Positions 22,773-34,367 of a DNA stretch of 64,000 nt are shown piece after piece. How positions within the stretch are numbered: position 1 is the stretch's first letter; every line of letters starts with the position of its first letter. The stretch is from Macrostomum hystrix. Taxonomy: Eukaryota; Animalia; Platyhelminthes. Both the position numbers and the translations under genes were made by a program. Location of the stretch: contig CATNEN010000029.1 of NCBI GenBank assembly GCA_950097015.1, positions 3,968,001 through 4,032,000 on the forward strand, given 5' to 3'. The notes under the pieces were generated by a model, which ran no database searches, was not told the DNA's origin, and saw only the letters and a program-made list of their open reading frames with translations.

Positions 22773-25700
22773 GCACACTACTAGGCCTATGACATCTGAG
22801 TAACATGCAATTTGCTCATACACACTGTCAGTCATCTGTTCATTGGTTGTTAGTCACATTGTTTCTTGCTTGTTATACAAAACTGTCATTAACTGTCATT
22901 TTAAAAACAGTTTTGAATTAAATGTGCAAAACTAGAAGTCTAGAAGATTGCCAAAAAGTCATATTATTATATTTTTTGTTTTTCATGCAAAATTCCTGAT
23001 ATGAAACTACCTAGTCAGTCAGAGTGCTGCAATTATTATAGCTATGAGAACTACTAGCCATAAACACTATTCAAAAATATTATCTAGGGGCCTAGTTAGT
23101 AATAAAAATACAGTGGCACAACTAGGCATTTCTGAAAGGTCTGGAGAGGGTCGAGTTCTGTATTATTTTATTTTGATATTGAGGATAAGTACTTGTGCAC
23201 TTATTGTGGCTTATAACATGCATTAATTTTGGACAAATGTAAATGCTTCAAGTAAAAAATGTACATAATGTATAAGTAACATAAATACTTTTATAATCCT
23301 CTTCAAAAATATATTTGCTATTTTAGATTTTATAATAATATTTATAATACAGAGTGGCTACAGAGCATTTATTATCAACTTTAAGTAATAAGATATAGTA
23401 ACTGGGCATCAATCAACAGCACAAGGAATACATTTACGATAAATCGACTGTAGGATTTAATCTATTTAAACTTAAGGTCTGGTCTTAAGTTTAAAAATAA
23501 GAGCAAGAATTTAGAGTGAAATGGAAGATATTGTATATGTCCCTCAAGTACAAAAAAAATTGATCTACCATTTTTCAAGTTTAATTAGCTAAGCTGGCTT
23601 AATCAAATTAGAACTAACTAAAGTCAAACAGGTTAAAATAGTTTTAAAACACTGAAATTTATACAATTTGACTAGTGAACCATGTATAGCATAGCATGTG
23701 AGTGTCAGCTTAAAGTCGAATGACTCAATGGCACACGCCACACAGAACATTCGACATTCCAACTTTCATAGATCTTGTAGATCGCAATTAAAATGAATTT
23801 GCGAAAAATTCATAAATTTTAGCATAGCAATGGGTAAAACAAAACGAAAAGCATTAATCAGCGCAACAATTTTGTTTATAAAAACAAGTTAAACATAAAT
23901 TTGTTTAAACACCATAAATGCCTTCACATGTGTTTTTTAGTTACATAAACCTACTAATTTTAAGTATTTTAAAAGTGTCCTAATTTGATCTGATCAAATT
24001 ACACGTGATAGGTTTATTTATATCTTTTGTTCTTGGAACGCCATAATTGGGTTTAATTAGGTATTAAATTTTTTTTCCAAACTTCTATATATGCCTTTGA
24101 AATCGCTTTTATCTTCCTCTAATTACTGAATTGCTAGAAGATGCATAGATTTAGTAAAATGCTAGTTTTTTAATTACACCCTCTTATATACTACTTCGAT
24201 TTTTTCTTGACCTGACAATGTCTACATGTACAATTTTAATTTGTAATGATTCCCTATCTCACCGTCACTTTGTGTCTCACAAATTTCTTGAAAGCATTCA
24301 TGTGAATTTTCATAGTCCCTATAAATATATAAGTTAATTCAGTGTTTTAGTTCATTAATTGACAAAATAGTTTATTAACTATTTTAGCTTTTAGCTAGCT
24401 AAATTAAATTTCATGAAAAATGTTCCTTATTTGAAAAGCAACTAATCTTTAAAAAACTTGTTGGTCAAACTTTTTGTCTTACTTACTGTTATATTATTTA
24501 TGAAATTTCTATCACATTTAGGCTTTATTATTGCTGCTTTTCCTGATAGGCTATAGGCCAAATCCAATTAAATAATTTTTTAATTGAACTTGCACAGTTT
24601 CAACCTTAACTACTGATTAGCTATAATTTTTGTCAAATCAGCTTGAGCCGCAAAATTTTTTGGCCTCAAATATTTTTTCCCACATGCACACTTTGTTTAG
24701 GTTGATTTGAAGTCTTATTCACTTTTTTTTAGTTTTCATTGCAATGCTTATGCTATCAAATCTAGTCCACTTTGGCAACAACCATTTTGGAAACATTTGA
24801 AGTATTTATATAAACTGTAATTTTAAACTTCATATAAAGTGAAACTATTTAATGAATTTTTATTGCTTGAAATTTTTCTGCATTAAAGGGAGAATTTGTT
24901 GTAATAATAATATTTTTTATTGAGCTCCATATTTGGACCAAGTCTGGTGACAGATAAAAATAATGTGTCCTTCTAAGCTTAACTTAATATATTATAAATT
25001 TGCATCCTTTTAAAATATCTAAATATAGTTAAAGTTTTAATAATTTTTCTATATTCTTTTTTATATTTTTCAGTTCTAATCAAAAATAAAGTTTTTCATG
25101 CCAAATAGCATAAAGAAATGTAGTATCATGGCTCTTAGTTACAATATGATACAATATTAAATTGACCAGTAAGGTAAGAGGCCTTTAAGTAGAAGAGATG
25201 GAATGGTAGCAAAGATAGTTGGGCTGCATTGCAAGTATATTTATATATGAACTGGGGCCTACAGAGGAGCAAAAAAGTGGTGCATCTTTGCAGAGCCCCC
25301 TGGCTTAGTGAGTTGGCTGGCTGGGCATACAAACCTTTCTGAAGTAGACTATGGAGATTGATGGGTTTGGAGTATAGAAAAACTGCCGTTAGCCAGTCCC
25401 ATTTTATTGATGCTACAATAGTATCATTGTTAAAAGCAAAAAATGCCACTGTTAAAATATATTGGCATGGTATAAATAATTTACTTTCTATTATAATAAA
25501 ATAAATTATTTTTTTGGCAAATTGTTTGTCACTAAAATGACTTTCTAAAGTGGTTTGTTGTTGTTGGTATTGGTACCCTCTTATCCACATGATATTGTTG
25601 CAATAATGTCAATCCTATTTGCATGCTAGCTACTTTGGAAATAATAGCTAGCTTATCTATGCAGAACACTCGAAAGATAGCTTTCCTATTAATTTATATC

Positions 25701-26610
25701 TTTCTATTGTCTAGATATGTCATACACACCAGAAAAATTCTGGTGTACATTTGCCTGTGGCTAGAGTACATATATGTGATTGTATATTTCAAAGGGTTGT
25801 CATGCACCTTGGCATGTATGGTGTGCAATAAAAAACTGGGCTATCGAAAGTGTTCTAGCACACAAATAGTCATGGATTGTACAATGAAGTAGCTAGCAAT
25901 AAGAGCATTTTTGCCTTTCCTTTCTGAAATGCACCAACATAATCCAGATTAGAGTTCTTTTGTTCTTTTAAACATCAAGTCATGTTTTATTATTTCTTTT
26001 ATAGAATGAAGTCATTTATAAATATGAAAAATAGAGAACTATTTTTGTTCTACTGTTTCAATTGCCCAAAAACAACTAAGTAATTTAATACATGCTTTTA
26101 AAAAAAGTCCCTAAGATTTTCGGTGTATGACTTCCAGAAAATAGATCATATACTTGATTTAACTAATATCTAATGTCCACATAAAAGCAAAAAAGGTACT
26201 ACCAGAAAGAAATAGCAAAATCAAATTGGTTTTGCTTTGGTTGTCAGCTTTACATTAGAATAATCTGGCCACATTTTTCATACACATACATATGTGCACA
26301 TCCAATTGGCCTTTTATTCATATTTCTACTAGTAAATGTCTAGCAATTAAATTATCATTTTCAGAGTCCACTGTCTTCTGACTCGTTAGCATCCTGTCAT
26401 CATTGTCTTGCTAAAGATACAGACTAAAATCAGCCTATTGCTTATTTTGACTAGCTGCATTGCAATTAGACATTTTTTATTGTCTTATTGTCGATTCGAA
26501 AGGCAACTGCAATTGTGTAATTACAACATTAGTGCTGGGTATAATTATTTAAGCAGTTTTTCTTAGACCAAAGCTACCACAAGCCAGCGGCGTCGCCAGA
26601 GATATACATT

Positions 26611-28470
26611 ATGTCCTCCCCAGCTTCTGGCGTGAAGGCTAAGAAAGTTGAGGATACAGTGGCGCCCACAATTAGCGGTGCCGCTACAAATGGCGGCGGC
26701 TCAACTGCCGAATCTGCCGCCCCGACATCGTCATCCGGCGCCGAAAGTCCTCCAGCCGTCGCCGCTGTTGCCAGCCCGCCGTCGGAAAAGAAATCGCCCG
26801 CTAAAGCCAAATCGACACCAACTGGTGGCACACCGGAGCAACAGGACGAGCTGGAAGAGTTGACTGAAAAGTTGGCAAGCTACCTAAGGACAATGGAAAG
26901 TGGACAGGGTGTTCGAGACACTCTCAATGACGACATTGGCAGCTTCTTGGAGAAGACTCTGTCGCAGGAGAGCCTGAAGAAGGATCGCGCAGTGTTGCTG
27001 GATCTAGATAACTGGCTGAAGCATCAGGCTAAAATTCTTGATCACGGATCCCAGGACGGCGATGAAACCCTGTGGAGCAATCAGGAGCCGCGTATTCGTA
27101 TGCTGATGCACAAACTGTGCGCATTCTACGGCCTAGTGCACAACATTATGGGCCCATATCAGAACCAGACAATTCGCATTGAGCGTCAGAAGGAGCACTT
27201 TCGTAATTGGAATTTCTCAGTGAGCGATCTGGCTCGCTACTATGAGCTGCGCGATCAGCTCTGCGGCGGCGGCCAGAATGGCGGCGGAAATTCCACAACG
27301 CCTGCGAGCGGCGGAGCCAGCAACAAAGAAGCCAGTCCCACTGTGGTCAATGGCGGCGAAAAGAAATTGCTGCGCCGTGAAGGTCCGCCTTCGACTCCGA
27401 AGGGTAGCTCGCCATACAGCGGAGGCTCGCAGCAGCAGTCCACGCCGCCAAGGACTTACGAAGAGCGCCGTCAGGATTATGAAAAGCGGCGCAAAGACAT
27501 TATTGGTAGCGGCTATCATGACCAGCAGCAGCAGAAGATTAACAGCTATAGGCGCAATGAGCAGTCTACAACCGGAGCTGCTGCTGCTCCCGATGACTCA
27601 ACTGGCGGCACAGGCATGAGCGCTTCACCAAGTCCTCAGCCACAGTATGCTCAGGTTTATCTGCGCGATGAACTCACTGTTTTTCGCTTAGTGCCAAGCA
27701 GGGTTGGCGAATTGTCGCGCGGCGATGTTGTGTTTCTTGACATGCGCGGCCCGCTTTTGACGCCAGACGCTGCCGCAATCTACCGGTTCGATCCTGATCA
27801 GCGCCATGCCCTGGCGCCCGCGCCGGTGCGCGTCAACCAGACAGCTGCCGCGGCCGTTGTTGCCGCAGTTGCCAATCAGCAACAGCAGCAGCAGCAGATG
27901 GATTATGTCCATCTGGCTAATAACTATCCGGCTAGTATTCCAGCCCAGGCTGCCGGCCTGTACTTTCCGCACCTGACGGCTCTGCCATACCATGCTTCGG
28001 GCGCCGCCACTAACCTGCCGGCCGTCTATCCAGCTAGCGGCGCATTCTTTTATCCCACCGGCAGTCCGCCGCAGATGGCCCAACAGGCTGCGGCCAGCGT
28101 TGCTTCTAGCCAGTCTGCCGCTGCAGCCGCTCAGCATTTGGCTTCGCCGCCGCCTCAGCCGCAGCCGCCGCCATCTGCCGCCGTCTATCATCAGGTGCAG
28201 CCGCACCAGGTGGCTGTTTACCACGCCTACCAAGCCGCCGCCGCTGCCGCCGCCCAGTTCTCAGGTGTGCCAGCTAGCGTCGCAGGCTACACTGCCGCGC
28301 CGCATCACTACCATCAGCAGCAAGTGGCCGCCGCAGCCGCTGCGGCCGCTGCCGCTGCCGCTAATCGCTATGTCGGCCCTTCGCTGCATCTGTACCAGCC
28401 GCAGACTGTTGGCCAGCAGGCCCGCATACAGCAGGGCGCTGCTAGCGGCGTAGAATCTCAGCGCACTTGA
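26611..28470 (+). CDS. R3H- and SUZ-domain RNA-binding protein (R3HDM1/2, ARPP21, Encore-like), 619 aa in one exon; an upstream exon is possible
   Basis: KDRAVLLDLD (pre-R3H helix), RMLMHKLCAFYGL (RxxxH motif), KKLLRR...RTYEERRQDYEKRRKDII (SUZ), then a long Q/A/P/Y low-complexity tail. Acceptor TTTTTCTTAG| at 26566, with an open frame from there to the ATG. Confidence 0.85.
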   Translation: MSSPASGVKAKKVEDTVAPTISGAATNGGGSTAESAAPTSSSGAESPPAVAAVASPPSEKKSPAKAKSTPTGGTPEQQDELEELTEKLASYLRTMESGQGVRDTLNDDIGSFLEKTLSQESLKKDRAVLLDLDNWLKHQAKILDHGSQDGDETLWSNQEPRIRMLMHKLCAFYGLVHNIMGPYQNQTIRIERQKEHFRNWNFSVSDLARYYELRDQLCGGGQNGGGNSTTPASGGASNKEASPTVVNGGEKKLLRREGPPSTPKGSSPYSGGSQQQSTPPRTYEERRQDYEKRRKDIIGSGYHDQQQQKINSYRRNEQSTTGAAAAPDDSTGGTGMSASPSPQPQYAQVYLRDELTVFRLVPSRVGELSRGDVVFLDMRGPLLTPDAAAIYRFDPDQRHALAPAPVRVNQTAAAAVVAAVANQQQQQQQMDYVHLANNYPASIPAQAAGLYFPHLTALPYHASGAATNLPAVYPASGAFFYPTGSPPQMAQQAAASVASSQSAAAAAQHLASPPPQPQPPPSAAVYHQVQPHQVAVYHAYQAAAAAAAQFSGVPASVAGYTAAPHHYHQQQVAAAAAAAAAAAANRYVGPSLHLYQPQTVGQQARIQQGAASGVESQRT

Positions 28471-31400
28471 TTATCTCAATCGCCAGCTTGGACTGACTGC
28501 TTATTCGGTAACCAACAAAAAAATCCCGTCTTCAAACTCTTATGTCCCAATGGGAATCTGAATCTGATCAAGTTCTTGGTTTCTTCATTAACCGCTTCGG
28601 CTTTCCTAATGTACTCTAACTAGTCTGAGGCCTCGGATCTCTGCCTCATTCTCCCCTATATCCGTGCTGTTTTACTTTATCTGGCGTCTAGTTTATATTT
28701 CTGTTTCGGGTTTACAAAACACACAGAGTCCCTGTTTTAATGTCAAACGCACCAGTTAACATTCTTTGTCTAATAAATTTTAAAAGAGATTGGAAACTAA
28801 TCTAATTTAAATCCTATTTGACCTGCCGTAGCTATATCCCTTCCCCGTCAATCCTAATAGTTAGTAATGCGCGATGGGTGGTCCGTTCAATTTAATATAT
28901 TGTAAAACTCATTTTACTATGATAAAGTCTTCCATTAAATATTTTCTTTATTATTACTTTCAATTGTTAAACCAGATAAAAATCTATCTGTCCACACAGA
29001 AATGCGTCTCAATTGAAAAGCAATTTCGCTATAGTGCTTACTGTTAGTAGGGCAACGAATGCGCATCGTCTACACTTTATTCTAATTCGGTTTGCCTTTT
29101 GGAGAACAAGACAACACATGAAGAAACGAAATCATGCGTCCATGACTATCTTAGTTGCCGTTATTGTGGAAACATTGTGCTGTTTTTATCACTCTGTAGA
29201 GAAGCTGAAAGCTATATTAAAGTTCGATATTTTGTGCTCAAGTTGATCTAATTTGTTTTATCTATTATATTTAATTATGTCCAGTCATCAGCTATCGAGT
29301 GTACTCATAGCTGCTCTATTACGGTTGTTTGTGTCTGTTCTCTGTCCTTTATTTAAACTTTTGTCTCGCTGAATTTTATCACATTTACCTTCTGGCTTAT
29401 AGACTTAAATAACTCAGCTATCAACCTGGTACAGGCTGGCTGAGTTATACATATATAGCCTTGCTAAATTCGTCTAAATTTGGCTTGTATTTAAAGAAGC
29501 GACGACTGGTTATCTTATTGTGCCCAAAATCTTCCAGGCTGGTATACATTTTCCCATATATTTCTTTTTCTAGTTTTTAATTCTAACAAACATGTGGTCC
29601 CCCTTTTTTCGATGGTCTACGATACTTCCGTTCAGGCAAAGGCATCGATTAGCCCAGCTTAATGTCCTATCATTTGCAAAACTTTCTGCGACCCGTCTCA
29701 CTTTTTGTCTCTGTTTTGTTTCTACTTTTTACCACCCTCCACCAGCCCTATGGCAACAGCATTCGATCTGTCATCCAATAGAAGAAACATTTGCACTTCC
29801 CATTGCTTGCATTTTTTCAACAATATCCTCCCATCTCTCTGTTACCCTCCCTACCCAGCTCACCTTTCTGCCGTTGCACTTGAGCAACATTGTGCGTGTG
29901 CTTGTGTGTTTTCATTCCTGCATTCTGTTAGACCCATCTTACATCTGCGTGCCTCACTGTGTGTATGCCTGTATTATACCCGCTTGTTTTTACCGTGTTT
30001 TTATTGTGAAAGATTAATAAACTGCCGACACCTAGTACTACTACTGCTGCTACTCAGTAGTAGTATATAATCTTTTTTGCAAGCAGTAGATAGGAGCGAT
30101 TGAGTCCATTCCGATAACTCCTGAGCACACGCTCACACAGGTGTGCACATCTGGCCTGACTTTCTCATCGTCAGGCAGTGTGCACTCTCATTGTGTCGTG
30201 AAAGTTGGCAACAAATGAATGTGGCCTCGCCGCGGAATCGAGCTTTGGGACCTAGGTGCGAGAGACCTAAATTGCGAGGAAACCACTTTAGGCCATAGAT
30301 AACGAACAAACCGAAGAGCAACGACTTGCGTGTCAGCGCAGTTTTTTACTTTTGCGTACTACATGTACTTTGTCTAACTATAAATTACACAAAACATGTG
30401 CATTGCCTGATGCTAGTGCTTCTAATCATACCCAACCACTTCCTTATGATTCATTGCTGATTGTTCGATTGTTGCTTTCTACAGAGTGCAACTTCGCCAT
30501 TGCTTTCAGATCTCGGTCTGTCTCATCTTCCCCAATTTGCTTCCCAAATTCCCCAAGTTGTGTTCCTATTGTCTCCTACTGTTTTGCTTACTTTTCGTTT
30601 GCGCTCCTGTAATCTGTTTATTGGGAGCTAATCTTTCTTCCAAGAATAATATCCCCTCACACAATCTACACTTGGCTTTGCTTTCGCCCTGTTTCGCTTA
30701 CTTGCTTGCTTGCTTTCCACTATATGGGTGTCTGTCGGCCCCTTGCACATCCCGCAATCAACACTATCCTATATCTGTGTATCACCCGCTTTGGCGTGTT
30801 GTCCCTCAAGAAAAAAAAACTTCTCATGTTGTGTTTCGCTAAACCAATGAAGACTGCCGCTATGCTTGTTAATTTCTGAGCTAGATTAAAGCTGAAGATT
30901 GAGATAAGCGTGTCTCTAATCAAATCAGTTCTTATCTGCGACCTCCTATTATGTAACTGATTTATTGGCCTACCTGTGCTATATACCTACATATGAATAA
31001 ATATTGTAACTGTGCCCTCCCCAACTGTCTGGTCGAATCTTTCGTGTCTAATTTTGCTTAATTATCCGCACACGCCATGCTGCCCCCTGCTGTTGTATCA
31101 TCAATATATTACTTGTTATTATAAAGTATTGTACTACAGGCAGTAGTAAAGACACACTAGACTGGGATAGATATCATATAAGGCGTCATTAATTGCGTAA
31201 TGACCTGTTGGATGATTTACTTTTTCGCTAGCTTATCTGCGTCAGATAGGAGATAGGATTTACTGTTAGATTACTTTCAGTATCCTATAATTATTATTTA
31301 AGAGTAGTAAGTTAATCCTCGACTTCAAACACACCCTTTGTAGCCTTTCACTGGCCTTGTTATGTCCCTTATCCACCCGCCTACAGCGTGCGCACCGATT

Positions 31401-31820
31401 GTCTTGGTCCATTAGACCATTGCTATGCCATTCTAAGCTATCTGTCTGATCATGATTAAAGCACTCTTTATAATTCAGTATCCCCGAGATACTGCACAAT
31501 CGATTGGCTAGGTAGTGCCATGCTGTGCCGAGTTCTCATTCTCGGGGGCGTCAAATTATTTTATTTAATTATAAACAAAATTTCAAGTGAATATTTAAAT
31601 ACTGTCTGTTATATTGTAAGTCTGAGTTTCTACTTGTATTCGGCACTGTTTTAGAACGCGTTGTTATACATATAAATAAATTTCTATAAGTAAATATTCA
31701 TACACATATTTATTAAAAGCCTATTACTTTCAATACAATTCCTGTTGAACCAAAAATGGCCCTTTGCGCTGCATTCGCTTGTCTTTGATTTACTTGTTTT
31801 TGAGGCCTAAACTGGATGCT

Positions 31821-33723
31821 GAAACTGAGAGTATCCTGAATTAGTTTATCACAAACTGTGAGTATCCTGAATTAGTTTATCAGAAACGGTGAGTATCCTG
31901 AATTAGTTTATCAGAAACTGTGAGTATCCTGAATTAGTTTATCTGAAACTGTGAGTATCCTGAATTAGTTTATCTGAAACTGTGAGTATCCTGAATTAGT
32001 TTATCTGAAACTGTGAGTATCCTGAACAAGTTTATCTGAAACTGTGAGTATCCTGAATTAGTTTATCTGAAACTGTGAGTATCCTGAATTAGTTTATCTG
32101 AAACTGTGAGTATCCTGAATTAGTTTATCTGAAACTGTGAGTATCCTGAATTAGTTTATCTGAAACTGTGAGTATCCTGAATTAGTTTATCAGAAACGGT
32201 GAGTATCCTGAACAAGTTTATCTGAAACTGAGAGTATCCTGAATTAGTTTATCTGAAACTGTGAGTATCCTGAATTAGTTTATCTGAAACTGTGAGTATC
32301 CTGAACAAGTTTATCTGAAACTGTGAGTATCCTGAATTAGATTATCTGAAACTGTGAGTATTCTGAATTAGATTATCTGAAACTGTGAGTATCCTGAATT
32401 AGTTTATCTGAAACTGTGAGTATCCTGAATTAGTTTATCTGAAACTGTGAGTATCCTGAATTAGTTTATCTGAAACTGTGAGTATCCTGAATTAGTTTAT
32501 CTGAAACTGTGAGTATCCTGAATTAGTTTATCTGAAACTGTGAGTATCCTGAATTAGTTTATCTGAAACTGTGAGTATCCTGAATTAGTTTATCTGAAAC
32601 TGTGAGTATCCTGAATTAGTTTATCTGAAACTGTGAGTATTCTGAATTAGTTTATCTGAAACTGTGAGTATCCTGAATTAGTTTATCTGAAACTGTGAGT
32701 ATCCTGAATTAGTTTATCTGAAACTGTGAGTATCCTGAATTAGTTTATCTGAAACTGTGAGTATCCTGAATTAGTTTATCTGAAACTGTGAGTATCCTGA
32801 ATTAGTTTATCTGAAACTGTGAGTATCCTGAACAAGTTTATCTGAAACTGTGAGTATCCTGAATTAGTTTATCTGAAACTGTGAGTATCCTGAACAAGTT
32901 TATCTGAAACTGTGAGTATTCTGAATTAGATTATCTGAAACTGTGAGTATCCTGAATTAGTTTATCTGAAACTGTGAGTATTCTGAATTAGATTATCTGA
33001 AACTGTGAGTATCCTGAATTAGTTTATCTGAAACTGTGAGTATCCTGAATTAGTTTATCTGAAACTGTGAGTATCCTGAATTAGTTTATCTGAAACTGTG
33101 AGTATCCTGAATTAGTTTATCTGAAACTGTGAGTATCCTGAATTAGTTTATCTGAAACTGTGAGTATCCTGAATTAGTTTATCTGAAACTGTGAGTATCC
33201 TGAATTAGTTTATCTGAAACTGTGAGTATCCTGAACAAGTTTATCTGAAACTGTGAGTATCCTGAATTAGATTATCTGAAACTGTGAGTATTCTGAATTA
33301 GATTATCTGAAACTGTGAGTATCCTGAATTAGTTTATCTGAAACTGTGAGTATCCTGAATTAGTTTATCTGAAACTGTGAGTATCCTGAATTAGTTTATC
33401 TGAAACTGTGAGTATCCTGAATTAGATTATCTGAAACTGTGAGTATCCTGAATTAGTTTATCTGAAACTGTGAGTATCCTGAATTAGTTTATCTGAAACT
33501 GTGAGTATCCTGAATTAGTTTATCTGAAACGGTGAGTATCCTGAATTAGTTTATCTGAAACTGTGAGTATCCTGAATCAGTTTATCAGAAACTGTGAGTA
33601 TCCTGAATTAGTTTATCTGAAACTGTGAGTATCCTGAATTAGTTTATCTGAAACTGTGAGTATCCTGAATCAGTTTATCAGAAACTGTGAGTATCCTGAA
33701 TTAGTTTATCAGAAATGGTGTGT
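31821..33723. repeat. Minisatellite, 31-bp unit GAAACTGTGAGTATCCTGAATTAGTTTATCT, ~61 copies
   Basis: Direct reading; very homogeneous. Confidence 0.97.
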
Positions 33724-34367
33724 ATTCTAATAGTATCATTTAAAACATGGAGATCAGTCCACCGTAGTGTTTAGGTGACAATTGTGAAATTATGCAATGC
33801 ACTCACATGATCTAAAGTGTACAATAGGAAGTGCGTATATAAACCAGTTTGAGAAGGCGTTGTCTCTGTCCATGGTTTGTACAGTACAATTCTGCATTAA
33901 GCATCCAAACGCATGATGTGGACTCACGTAAACTGCTCATGTTTAGAGTGTAGAAGGCCCAACCCACGCCAGTACACAAACCCACCCTTTGTCCTTAGCT
34001 CTCTCTTACACCAGCGGCCATTCCATTTCCGAAGGGGTTGCTCTCTCGGAGCCTCGGATCCACCCCGCCTACTGGCAACTCAGGGTTGAGCTGGCTCAAA
34101 AATAATCTTAAGAAAAGCATTTTATAAGCTCGGTTAATATTGGCGCATAGAGACAGGGCGAGAGCACGAGTCAAAACTACACGCAAGTCTCTCACCGAAG
34201 CGCACAAATTTTATCTAATCTGTTGCTCAAGCTTAGCTTTATACAAACTGCTTAGAATTCGAAGCCTAAGCCGGCCAATAAATTTCTTCTCTCGTCGAAT
34301 AATCGGAGGCAAAGAAAATCAATAATTGGCACCAGTTTTTCTGCCTATAAGCTCAGTTGAATAGGCA

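Noticed and set aside
25135-25892. 151-aa and 89-aa ORFs in the AT-rich region
   Set aside because: No recognisable motifs, and the composition is unlike the GC-rich true exons of this window.
29592-30923. Several 60-140 aa hydrophobic ORFs downstream of the R3H gene
   Set aside because: T/C-rich, 3'UTR-like sequence gives Phe/Leu/Cys-rich chance ORFs with no domain signature or splice context.
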